Source: Podarcis vaucheri
Lineage: Eukaryota
DNA: 64,000 bases
NCBI GenBank assembly: GCA_965113315.1
Contig: OZ220373.1
Direction: 5' to 3' (one strand)
The position numbers were made by a program, and so were the translations under genes. Under the pieces are notes generated by a model, which saw only the letters and a program-made list of their open reading frames with translations, searched no databases and was not told where the DNA came from. Of the stretch, positions 50,500 to 62,369 are shown piece by piece. Within the stretch, counting starts at the first letter, position 1; every line of letters begins with the position of its first letter.

Positions 50500-52650
50500 T
50501 AAAATAATGCCCTGTCAGGCAGCTAGTCCCCAGCGTTCTAAAGTCCCCGCCCCCTCGGGGATTCTAGAGCGGCTGAGCCGAGCTCTTGCCTCAAGGGCGC
50601 AAAGCGCGGGAAGGAAAGGAGCGGGAGATGGCGACCCGCCGCTCCTCCGCTTAGCCCCTCTTCTCCCGCGCGGCTGAAATGGTCGGCGTCCCGTCGCCCG
50701 CCGCTCCCTCTCTCTCCCTTCTGTCTCACCCTCACGAGTCTCAGGAGCCTGGAGAAGGACGCCGAGTCTTGCTCGGGCGGGCTGGCGCCACAGCAGGCGA
50801 GAGGGTTCGCTTCCCGCTGCCGCTCGCTCTCCCTCCAGCTGCCCGTAACTCACCTCAGCAGCGGCCCTATGAGCAGCGCAGGCGTCGGCCAAGGCGCTCT
50901 CCCGAGCTGGCGGCCTTCGCAGGCGTCTCCTCAGCGCCTCTCTCGACGACACCCCGCCCCCCTGCGCTTATACTTGTGACTGACTTTTGCGAACCGAGCG
51001 CTGTTCATTCAGCGCGAGCCAAGAGCCCCTGTGCGTGTGTGTGTGTGTGTGTGCGCGCGCGCCTGAAAGAGAGCGAGGTGGAGCGGCTAGGGGAGGTGGC
51101 TTTGGGGCTGCCCCTTAACTGGGCTGCTGGGACGCGACGCCCCCTCCCCTCCAGGACCAAATAGCGCTCGCGGAAGGGCGGGGCGGGGTGGGGGAGAGAA
51201 GGGAAACCGGGCGAGGCGCCTCAGCCGGCCAATTTTAACGCAGGCGCGAGGATTCGGGAAGCCACGGGAAGCATCCGGTCCTGTTTGACGAAACCTCAAA
51301 GCACCCCCGCCAAGTGCCAGAAGGGGCTGCGACACATGTCCTTCGTGGAAGTCGAGCACTGAAGTCCCACTGAAATAACGGGACTTACTGTCAAGTCAAC
51401 GTATTTGGCATTGGGGGCCTTTAAAATGGAGGTCAGGCTGGCAGCAGGCAGTGGCGGGCTCTTCCCGCCAACAGCTCGCCTTCCGGCCCTTGTTTTTCCC
51501 ACGCTGCGTCCTGCGTCCTCAGGCAGCTTTCCTCAGTGAGGCGCGCCAACAAACCCTTCGGACAGATTCGGTTCCTTTTTTTCCCTCCACCACAACTTGC
51601 TGTTTCAGTCTCTACCTTGTTTTTCTTTTTCAGGAAGTTATTTTTATAAGAACAACCCCCCCCCTCCATCTTTTTAGACTCGGTCTCTTCCCTCAGGCCA
51701 AATTGCCTAAACCTCTCCCTGTTAGTCTGTGTGAGCGAAACCAACGGGAATCCGCCTCAGGGACCAAAGCAGCCTGGCGTCGCGTTTCCCATTCCCTCGG
51801 GGTTTCTTCTCCCCTACAGGCGAGGCTGCTTCGAACCTGAGGGCGGCGTCGCGCAGCTCCTGCCTAGACTCGCGTCTCCCGCCTTCTCCCCACACACCTT
51901 CGCCTCCATATCCTGCCCATGCCGACACTTCCCCTGGGCGAACTCGCTCTTTCTCTCAGCCCGGGGATCTTTGTCGCCGGAAGAACTGGGTTCGAGAGAA
52001 GGGATCCTCGCCTGTAGTAACAATATGTGTAATAGCACAGTCGTGTTGCGGGAGATAGCCTAGTCGCCCCCCACTCCTGGCTCATTTCAGCCCCGGGTTT
52101 ATTTTGCGCATAAACTAGATTCCTTTCTCGTTCCAGAGCAGACAACCTGCCCAGAGCCATTTCCCGAGCTGCCTGCTTCAAGGAGCGCGCGTTTTTCAGA
52201 CTCCCCCCCCCCGCCGCCGTGTCCCCCAGACTTGCTCTGGACCTGTTTAGGTAGGAGGGTCTTCGGGCGAGTCTGTGAGCTCTGAGAAGACCCAGTCGCC
52301 ACCTTTCTTCTCTATCCTGGAGGGAACCAAACGGGTGGCGGGGGTGAGGGGAGAGAGATGAATGGGTCTCTCCCAAGTTTAAACCCGGGAACAGAGAACG
52401 GCCTCAGAAGCTGGAGACTGGCTTCTCGCGGATGTGGCCAGTTCAACTTGAGGGCCGGATCGGAGCCTGAAGGAGGAAGGAAACCGTCGCTTCGAAGGCT
52501 GACGTTGTGCTCCTAACATGTCCGCTTAGTAGCGCCCTTCTCCTTCCCATGGATGTAGCCAATCAAATAAATCACTAAAAATAATAATTAACTAAGTAAC
52601 TGAGGTTCTCCCCCCGCCCCAACATAGAGCCTAGCTACGCCTATGCTCCT
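50500..52650 (-). promoter_or_regulatory. large CpG island; candidate distal promoter and first exon ending at 50854
   Basis: Very high GC and CpG content. Tandem GC boxes 51176-51188, CCAAT 51229-51233, strong donor GAG|GTGAGT at 50854|50853. A second motif cluster has CCAAT 52559-52563, a MEF2 consensus 52575-52584 and a GC box 52611-52620. Confidence 0.6.
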
Positions 52651-54944
52651 TCCGCTGCCTCGATTGCTGCATCCTTGAAAGAGGAATGTGGCATTAAACT
52701 CGAGAAGTTTACCTAGGATCGCACCATTAGCCGTTTCCCTGAAAGGAAACGCAGAGTTGCGACTGCAAGGAAAGGTGTGCGCGCAAGACAAATCTCAAAG
52801 ATTCGCACTGTATCCTAAGGATTTCTTGTACGCCCAAGTGGATCTCTGAATGGAATTTCGTTTTCTCTCTTCCTCTCTCTCACACACTTTTAGAAAGCAG
52901 GCACAAAAGCCTCGCCATTGTAGACACGCTAATTGCCTTTTTGATTTTCTGCATGAGCTGAAAGTGAGCGGTGCTTCTACAGAAGACTCATAGGCATTTA
53001 AAAAAATACCTGCGCGCGCACGCACACACACAACACGGTAAATCTTACATTAGTTGACTCAGGCCTCCTTGAAAATAACCCCCTTTCTGCAGTTGTAATT
53101 GTTACATCTACAGCAGTCTGTCCACAGTTTACACAAGATCCGATGCAGCGGGATAATCCTCTCCTCTTTTAATGCAAACTCTGCCCCAGTATGATTGGGC
53201 AGATAATATTTAACTGGTGCGCCGAGCACAAGGGGGAGACGGTGGCTGGCATGAAGTTATGTAAGCGGTATTATGTGCCGGAGCGAGGGCTGCGTAAATA
53301 GAGATGTGAACACGTGCATGATGGGAGATATGACGATGTGCTTTAGATTCAAATTCTAAACATATTTACACGGGTGGGGTGGGGTTTAAATGGATTTTAC
53401 TTTCAGGCAAACGTGCGTAGAATTGCAGCTTTAGTATTTCCGTCGTCTTGGATTGAGTTAGTGTATTCGCCTGCCTCAAATTATAGAGTGGCATTTACAA
53501 GACACTGTATTGAAGAACTTCGTCCCTGGTCCTAAACGCAAGGCTTGGAAGCAAGTGTTAAATCAATGCGACTTCCAAGTTATGTGTATAAAGACAGGAT
53601 TGTTAAAGTCGAGAGAAATAAAATGTGTTTTCTTTTTATAAATGCCGTGAAACAAAATGGCTTTTTACTAGGAAGTCTCACAGACACAGCATATTTTAAC
53701 AGAGACCATTTATAACAAACACGTGATTGGCACTTCCATCCTAAACACAGCTGGAAGTAATTCCTATTGATCTCAAGTACGTAGTTGTAATATAATATTA
53801 TTTATTATGCCTATGAAATCTATTATTTATAAGCCCTCAAGGCACTTCATTTATTTTATCCGGTCAGTTAATCACATTTTAAGTCCCATTGATTTCAATG
53901 GGATGGATTGCTTACTCTGAAGTAAGTCCTATTATCTTCACTGAGGCTTGTTCCTAAATGTACACAGGATTCCCCTTTATTGGGAATAAATTCCATTGAA
54001 CTGAATGGGACTTCAGAGCAGACATCCAGCCATAGGATCTCTCTGTCAGGCATATGTTGTAATAACTCAATAATCTTTTACTAAAACATAAAACTCCCCT
54101 ATAACCTTATACAGTTGTTTCTTAGTGCCGTGGTCGCAACACGTTCCAGATATACCCCTACTCTATTTTATTCGCTTTTTACCACTGATGTGTCAAACTT
54201 GCGCTGCAGTTCTATTGCCTGTGAGTAAACTCACTGGCTACAATGGCACTTTTACTTCCAAGTAAACACTCGTTGCATTGTGCAGTAATCCGAAAGCCAA
54301 CTAGCTCTTTTTTGAAAGAAGCTGCAGCTGCATTATTTCTCCAACAATGCCTGGGAGCCGGCTGAGCTTAACAAGTGCAACCTGATTCTATCTATGGATA
54401 TCTGATGCCAGCCCCAAGCAAATTGTCCATCGCCATATTGGCTTGCCTAGGGCTGCTCCAAATGAGTTAATGCCTGAATGAAAACCGGGAACCAACACGC
54501 CCCGCTTTAACCAGCAGGCTAAAACTACCGCGTAAGCGCTATTCAAACGATGACTAATCAGAACGCGGTCCAGGTAATGGTGCTTGAAGGATGGCGCGCT
54601 TTCAGTGCGCTATCTAGAGTACATCCTGCAAATCCGAATTCTTACTGTTATTCTGCTACAGAATAGAGTGGTTCGCCTCATTCAATCCGATATACAGCAA
54701 ACCAGTTAAACCTAACCCTTCGTTTTAATCAGATTAGCACCTTAATCCTAGATGTATTTATTTAGTGGAGAGTTAGGCGGATTTCAGAAGCAGTTACTTG
54801 CAAGTAATCATATTTAGGACTCTGGAACGTGGTTGGGGCAGGAGGCGGAATTTACAACCAGATTTTGGGAGAGGGTGTAAAGTTCTAGTCCTCAATGTAT
54901 TGCTTGGAAATTAATCCAGTGTCAAGACAATCTCCTTTTAAGTA

Positions 54945-55186
54945 CAGTGGTACCTCAGGTTACATACGCTTCAGGTTACATACGCTTCAGGTTACAGACT
55001 CCGCTAACCCAGAAATATTACCTCGGGTTAAGAACTTTGCTTCAGGATGAGAACAGAAATCGCGTGGCGGCGGAGCGGCAGCCGCGGGAGGCCCCCTTAG
55101 CTAAAGTGGTGCTTCAGGTTAAGAACAGTTTCAGGTTAAGAAAGGACCTCCGGAACGAATTAAGTACGTAACCTGAGGTACCACTG
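54945..55186 (+). mobile_element. Tc1/mariner-type (Tigger-like) MITE, copy 2
   Basis: Perfect 19-bp TIRs CAGTGGTACCTCAGGTTAC / GTAACCTGAGGTACCACTG, TA duplication on both sides, internal 16-bp tandem units. Confidence 0.93.
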
Positions 55187-56815
55187 TAATGTGTTTAGGA
55201 TCAAGGTACACATGTGGTTCTTTGGTGGAGGCTCGAAACATGCTTAAGCCCGCCCATTCCCCAGTCATATTTACTCAGATTTAATTCCATTTCAATCTCC
55301 TTTAGAAAGCAAGTCCTATGTGGTTAGTGGGGCTTGCTAACAAGCGAACGAATTTCCAGTTGACCAGTACACCCTTCTTAAATTACTCGCTTTGCCGATC
55401 TGGCCCTCTCAGTAACTTTGACTTCTGTGCACTCTGGATGGTATTTACTATCTTGCGTGGGTCTAATACCCCAATTACTACTCTTATTGATCATTACTAT
55501 TATTGCGAATCATTGCTGTTGCAAATCGTCACTGTGTTCTTATTTAGCATAGATTTCAGTCTTGGGGGGGGGGATGACTTACTTTCATTTATTCGGCTTT
55601 GCCCCACGGTTTATTATATCTACACACAAATAGGGCTATTGCATTCATGCCCTATTGGTAATCCCAGATACACCTAGTTGGCCACGGGGGTGGAAAGCAG
55701 ATGTTGGACTAGACAGACCATATAACATTTCTCTCTCTCTCTCTCCCCCTCCCCCTTTCTCTCTCTCTCTCTGTGTGTGTGCCAGTCACCTGGAAAAGTG
55801 TACTTTAGTCCAGGAAAGTTTGTGCCACAATAAATTCTTCAGGGTGCCACAACCCCCCACCCCGCCCTCTCTTTTAGAGAGATTCTAAACTCATTATACA
55901 ATTGGTTTCATAAATGGAGGATAAACTGCTTTGTTTGAAGATCGACCCACTGAGAGGTTCTCCTGCACAAGCCCTATTCATTTCTATGGGGCTTGCGATG
56001 AGAACATCCCAGTGGATTGTGTCTTACGTCCTTAAGTAGAATATGTATAATAAATCTGGCTTTATGCAAAGTGCACTTAATTATGTTTTTTAAATGTAGT
56101 GATATATTTTCTGCAGTAATATAATTTAAACATGTTCTCCAAAACATAAAGTTTTTAATGTCAAAACAAAACTGGGAACATCGTTTAAATTATATTTTGG
56201 AGCCAGATTTCACTAGATGAAAAGAAAATCAACTTAATGCGACTATGAGAAACTTCTGGAGAACAATCGTCTGCATATTGTTTTATAATGTGCCATAATC
56301 TGAAGCATGTAAAATTTCGGTCCATTATTATTCAAACCAGGAATTAGCAGAGTAATTTTTCCTTCTATTGTCCATAAAATTGCCAAATGACTAAATTAAC
56401 TGACTTCATACTGAGGACCATCAATTACATGGTATATTTCATTCGGATGGAGTTCGAAATTACCTTTGTACTTTTTATTTTTTTAAAAAACCCTTTTCTT
56501 TTCTTTTTCTTTTAGTATGAAACATTCCCCCAGTCTAAACGTTTGTTGTCAACTGTCAAAATAAAGCACAACCCGCCCGCCCCCAACCCACCCATTGTCA
56601 AATGCTCGGGTACAGTCTTGTCAGGACTAAACTGCCTTAAATGAAACTGGAAGCAACCTGGTCTGTCAACTGCAGACTGCATCCTCAGTGATCTATGGGG
56701 GTACCATTATTAGTGCTTTAGGGACTCTCATAAACTACACTTCTGATAAACCTCATTAATTCTCATACAACTTTGGTTAAAGTTAACAGATCTGAGTTAC
56801 AGCTGGGCTTGATAC

Positions 56816-56862
56816 TATTATTATTATTATTATTAGTAGTAGTAGTAGTAGTAGTAGTAGTA
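56816..56862. repeat. compound (TAT)n(TAG)n microsatellite, probably a retroelement tail
   Basis: Directly visible. Followed by TATACCGCCC...GGCGGTT, a reversed L2/SINE-type 3' end. Confidence 0.85.
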
Positions 56863-59379
56863 TACCGCCCTCCATCCATAGATCTCAGGCGGTTTATATG
56901 CAAATAAACCAAAAACCAGACAAACTGGAATCTGACATGAGGTCTTTATTTCAGAAGCCTTGGTGTAACTTTGCAGTATGTAACAGACAATAAGTCTGAG
57001 CGCAGACCTCAGGGCTACAAGATCCTGCCCAATCTGCGTGTAGTGTTTCGTATTGTCCTCCTTGTCGCCCCGCCCTCCCATTGCTTTGTGTAACTCGAAA
57101 CTCGTGCGGAGAACTCGAAGGTTTGCTCATTATTTTGTGACATTTCGGTTGATCCTAATAAATATATTGCCCAGCTCTGGATTTTGAGGTTTTTTGTTTT
57201 TCTTATGGACCAACACCTTAGTTGTTTACGCCCCCCACCCTTCGTTCTAAACAGTTTCACTAAAATAAGTAGCTGGCTTCTTCTGGGCTACAGTTGCATC
57301 CACGAACCAGTCTAGGAGGAACATCTTAGTCACGGTGCAGAGATGGAGAAAACATCTCACTGATTTCACTTGAACTGAAAACAAACTGCTTACATAGCTA
57401 CCCGCGACAACCTGAACCCGATCTATCAGTTAAACCGAAGAATTAGGATTAACATCGATCAGGTCCCATTGTAGCAGAATGATTATACCCAACCACACAG
57501 GCAATCATCGGCTTCAATGCATATGCTTCTGCCTAATGAGATTTTTGAGGTTCCTTGCCCCGCTGACTTCACATGCTACATTTATGTGATTATCTGGGGC
57601 TGTGTTTCTGGGGCTAGTCAGTTTAAACTCCCTAGGACTTTCTCAGAAGTAAATGGGTGCGAGCATCAAGGTGCAGGTCACACAACTTCTGTTGGTATCT
57701 CCTGCCTGCTTGGACGTCAGAGTTATTTGCTCAGAAGCAGAGGAGGTAGAGATGATGACCCAAACCTAATTGCTGATCAGATTTTTTTAAACCATTAACA
57801 AGGGTACACAATACTCAAAATTCTTTTTAAAACGGGGAAAACAAAAATATATATATTTGGTTACATCGGACTAGAGCGCAGTAGAAAGATCTCCTGCGCA
57901 AGTCCCATTGAAATGAACGGAAGCTGCACAGGAAACTCCGCTCTTGAGTATTCACCCTATTTCAATGGGGAGACCTTATTAATCCATTCTCTTTCATTAC
58001 TTCCTTCGAATGGTCCAGCAACAGCAACACAGGACAATATCAAGTTCAAATTTAATATTTAAGTCCATTTAGTTTAATGGGGAAAATGTTAAACATGTGA
58101 TGATCTCAGATATATTGTTTTATGTTATCAAAAGGATTTTTATACCGCTTTTCATTTACCCAGAACAAACTGAAAAAACACCAAAGCGGTTCACACCATA
58201 ATAAAAACATAAAGAATATCCAACTCAGTGGGGTTGAACTCAGGGGGACGTTAAGGCTGCAGTCATGTGCCCACTTACCTGAAATAAGGTCGATTGAACT
58301 CAATGGGACTTTTGGAAGGATATGTATGGGAACAGGCCATACAAAGTTTGCCTTTCTCTGTATTGTGTATCAGTGATAATTACAGTATCTAGGAGGGGTT
58401 TGGGGAGCTGGTGTTTTTTTAAATAAAAAATGGAGGCTAAAATTAGCATAAGTCATTTTAAAAACCTTTGCATAGTTTCATTTTCCCCTTATTTCTAGAT
58501 TAGTGGAAACTTTTATGACCTTGGGAAAAACCTTTTGCCACTTTCTTGGGGTGACTACTCTCTTTTGAGGATTCTGTGTACGCTCCACTTTTAGTTCAAA
58601 AATTTTCCATAAGGAACAATCTGCTTCGAAAATAATTCATTAATAAAAACAAACAAATAAATGTATGTCATGTTTTTATTAACTTTTTTTTTAAAAAGAG
58701 CTTTTCAAGCTACATCCACCCGCGCGCTTACTACTAGAGTTGGTGCTCCCATTGATCCATTGGGACATATTCCAGGATGAAAATGCACAGGACTTACCTG
58801 GCTGCGCCTTGCTCAGTTATCACAAAAGAGAACATGAGATCCATAATAACTCTAAAGCAAGGCCACTCCTGGTTTATGCAAAGCTGCCGAAATTGGGGTT
58901 TTGTTTTGTTTTCCCCTAGTGACAACGGAAGTATCACAAACTCTGGGGGCTACAAAACGCTACCTTGAAAATCCCTTCAGAAGTTTCCAATGGATATTGA
59001 CTAGCCAATAAAGAACCAGCGTCTTATTAGTCTATGGCTGGACGCTTTTGATTGTTTTAAGATCGTGAAGACACCCCCACCCCCCCGCAGCTTGTTTCAT
59101 TTTAGTGACATATTTGCCACTATCGTCCTCTAGTAAGAATTCTATATAAAGATTCCCTCTGATTTTTTGGAGCTCAATACCTAAACGGGCTAAGCCCCTA
59201 TCTTAAACCACATACATCTATCCCACCCACCAGGAGCGAAAATGCAGCTGAAACGAGCCTAACTCTGAGGAAATAAGAGGTGCAAGATGAACCCACTTGG
59301 ATCGGGACCGTGCAAAGGCTTAAAAACGAAACGAAACGATTCCGTTGAACTTTGGAGAGGTTAAAAGCGTGCCATTAAA

Positions 59380-61259
59380 ATTGCGGCTCGCTAAGCGCTT
59401 CCCCTTAGACGTGAGATCTGTTGAAGTCAGCGGGGCTTCATAAACTGCATTTAGGATCGAGGCATAAGTCGTTTCCAAACGCAAGTGCTCTCGCGCGAGA
59501 GATGTTTTTGGATGGCATCCTTTGGGACCTCCGCGTTAAGGACTCAGTGCGCGTATCCCCTGGGTAGCTCGGGTCATGGGAAAGTTCTCGAAAGGGACCC
59601 CATGGCATCCTGAATTCTACCGGGGGGAAGGGGAAAGCCCTCCAGTCGGGAGTGTTTTCAGAGAGTGGAGAAAAAGAAGGAGCAATCAACACAAACATAA
59701 GCGCTTTCAGTCGTGCTGAAGGACGCAAGCCGACAGACGCTTGGTTTGCGCGCTCCAGCGAAGGGAAACGCTTTGGATTCGAATCGTGTGTGGGAAACGG
59801 GCGACTCTTTCCACGGGCGTTGGAAAAGGAGAGAGAAAAAGATGCCTTTAAGTGCTAGGAGGAAGGTGAACGAGCCCTCCTCCCCAGCTCCCAGCCATCA
59901 AAGCTACTTTTGGGTACCAGTTCTCCTCCGCTCGCTCTCTCCATCTCTTTCATAGAGCCTTGGTGGGTCACGGGCACACAGGTGAATCCTGCAAGGGATT
60001 GCATTGGCTTTCATACTGAACAGCTAGCTACTCGTTGGGATTTTTGCAGGATCTGGCTCAACGCTGCCAACTTCAACCCAGAACCACAGCCAAGCTCTTC
60101 TGACTATAAACGCTGTATCCGTGGGCAAATAAATGTGAATCTGAAGGGTGGCGTGTATGTGTATGTTTGTGTTGGAGGGAGTATTTCAGCTGCCTTGTCG
60201 GTGCCAAGTAAGTGTCTGTGTTTGGGCGGGATAGGAGGATCTCTTCCCTGTTTCTTCCCCTTCTCCATCCCTGCCACTGACGCGCGTCCTCCCACCGCGC
60301 TCACACGGCCCAGAAGCACTCCCTACCCTCACACGGCTGAGCTGCAGGTAACCCCGTCGTGGGGAGAAGTCTCCTGCATCCCTATTGGTAGGGGGTCGCA
60401 ATGCCCAACCTGTTACATAACGTTCTGATTTGCGGGCTCAGGTTTATTTTTCCTTTCAAGAGCAGCAGCCGGGATGGAAGCGAGTGAGGTGTGTAAGTGT
60501 GTCACAATGTAGGTCTTGCTGCCCCAGGCTGTTGAGTAGCTTGCCCGCGATCCTGTGCCCATTAAGCCCTGCGGGCGGTCTTCCAGCTGACTGCCGCGTT
60601 CACACCCATCCACAGCCCGCTCCACAGCGCGACCATTGCAACGCGGAACAGGCTCTTGTAAGCAAGAAATCTGTGGCTGAGAAATCGACCGGGGGCACCT
60701 TCAAGAAAATGCAATGGGCTTCAAGAGGAAAGCTGAATGACTCGGGCCGATGTGGAAGGTGGTGGGATGGCCGAAGGCTGTTTCCACGGCCCCGGGAGCA
60801 CAGGATCGGCCCGCTAGCCTGGAAAGTGCGCGCCTCTCTGAGCATCGGAGCACCTCCAGGCCAGCCAGGCGCTTCCGACGAGGGCGCAGAGCCAGGCGGG
60901 CGCCTAAAATGTCCAGCCCGGCTGAGGAGAGCGCTCGGGGGCGGGGGGGGGGCGGCGGAGGGGAAGCAGGATGACATTTGACCCTGGGCCTTTCTCCCCA
61001 ACAAAGGACCACCAAAGCCCTGCCCGTCCCCTCGGACTGCTTGACATCCGGATGTCTTTGCTCCCCTATGGAAATGCGAATGAACTTACGAGGGACCAGT
61101 CATTGACCCCAGTCACCCGCCGCCCCACCCTGGGGACCGCCGCCTGCCGCTCAGGCAGCTCGGCCCTTGGCGCAGCGATGATGGATCCCCACTTAATCGC
61201 TTCCGCCGCTGCACGGCTTCCCTCCTCCCGAAATCTCCCGGCCTATAGGAAGGGAGAGC

Positions 61260-61297
<38 letters not shown>

Positions 61298-61320
61298 CGA
61301 CCGGTGCTTCAAAACACATC
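59380..61320. promoter_or_regulatory. CpG island
   Basis: High GC and CpG content, especially 60560-61240. Confidence 0.6.
61262..61295. repeat. (GA)n microsatellite
   Basis: Directly visible. Confidence 0.95.
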
Positions 61321-62350
61321 CTCCTAGCACATAGGTGAAATTGGTCCTGGGAGAGGAAAGGGAGAAAAGAAGAAAGCTATTCGCTTCCGAATAGAACCCC
61401 TTTCCATCAGGGCTGGTGTGGTGGGAGATCTGGTCAATGACACTTGGCGTTTGTCTAAACAGGAACAAGCTGGCGAATAGAAACCGACCGGGCCTTTTCA
61501 GAGCGGACGAAAAGACGTACAAAAACTCCAGAAAATAAAAGGAAATCTGGCATGGTCATAGCGTCGGGAGGGTTCCTGAGTACAGTATAATGTCTATATT
61601 GAAAAAAATGCGTACTCCCTCTACAAAGAAACCTTCACTTCCTACTTCCATTACAGTATCTTTGTTCTGTTTATCTCTGCTCCTTAAAAACAAACCCCTC
61701 TTCATTCATGCAATTGAAGAGATTGCCAGCTATCACCCGAAATATCTGGGGCAAAAATCTAGTCTCCCAGAAGACTTTACTCTCTTCCCTCTTCTTCATA
61801 CATGCTGTTCTAAAACCGAAACATGAAGCCCATCTTGGGGAAGGGGGGATGAAAGCCTAACACTGAGATAATTGAAGTATTCTTATTCATTCCAATGTAG
61901 ATTATTAAATAGGAAACGAGATTATTATTATTATTTTAGTAAACTCAGGCTGGTTAGAGGAAGAGAATTATATTCCGGCACAAGAGAGAATTCAAGGGGG
62001 AAATGCCCGTTCTCCTTCTGCCCCCTCCCACTTTGGAAACATGCACGCGGAGAAGAGAGTTCATCGCAAGGAAATTAAGACCCCAAGTTATAAAAGACAG
62101 AAGGAACTGTACCTTGGAAACTCGGACGCTCGTCTCCAGTTTTGTGAATGACGATGGGGCTTTTTGGTGTCATTTGAAAATAAATCAAGAATTAGTTTTT
62201 TTCTTTGTTCTACACATGCCCTGCGTTTGCACTGTGCTGTGGAAAGCCGGTTGATAGACTACAGCGTTAATTAATACTGTGCTAATTTGAGTTTAAGAGT
62301 GAAGGGAGGTGGAACTGGGGAGAGAGAGCGAGAGCGAGACTGTGATGGGA

Positions 62351-62369
62351 CAGTGACCTCTAGTGGCGA
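62351..62369 (-). promoter_or_regulatory. CTCF motif
   Basis: Minus strand TCGCCACTAGAGGTCACTG, a close match to the CTCF core. Confidence 0.55.

Larger units (their letters stand above)
29010..51100 (-). ncRNA. LINC00461: overall extent of the mir-9-2 host transcription unit (5' end and exon structure uncertain)
   Basis: Known vertebrate organisation: mir-9-2 lies in a multi-promoter lncRNA. Minus-strand donors at 41515|41514 (AAT|GTAAGG), 44048|44047 (CAG|GTAAGT) and 50854|50853 (GAG|GTGAGT) lie next to CpG islands. Confidence 0.55.

Noticed and set aside
59701-59720. RE1/REST-like motif GCGCTTTCAGTCGTGCTGAA
   Set aside because: Three mismatches at core positions. Other candidates (~32618, ~45000, ~45148) are half-sites only, so no canonical RE1 could be called despite known REST control of mir-9-2.
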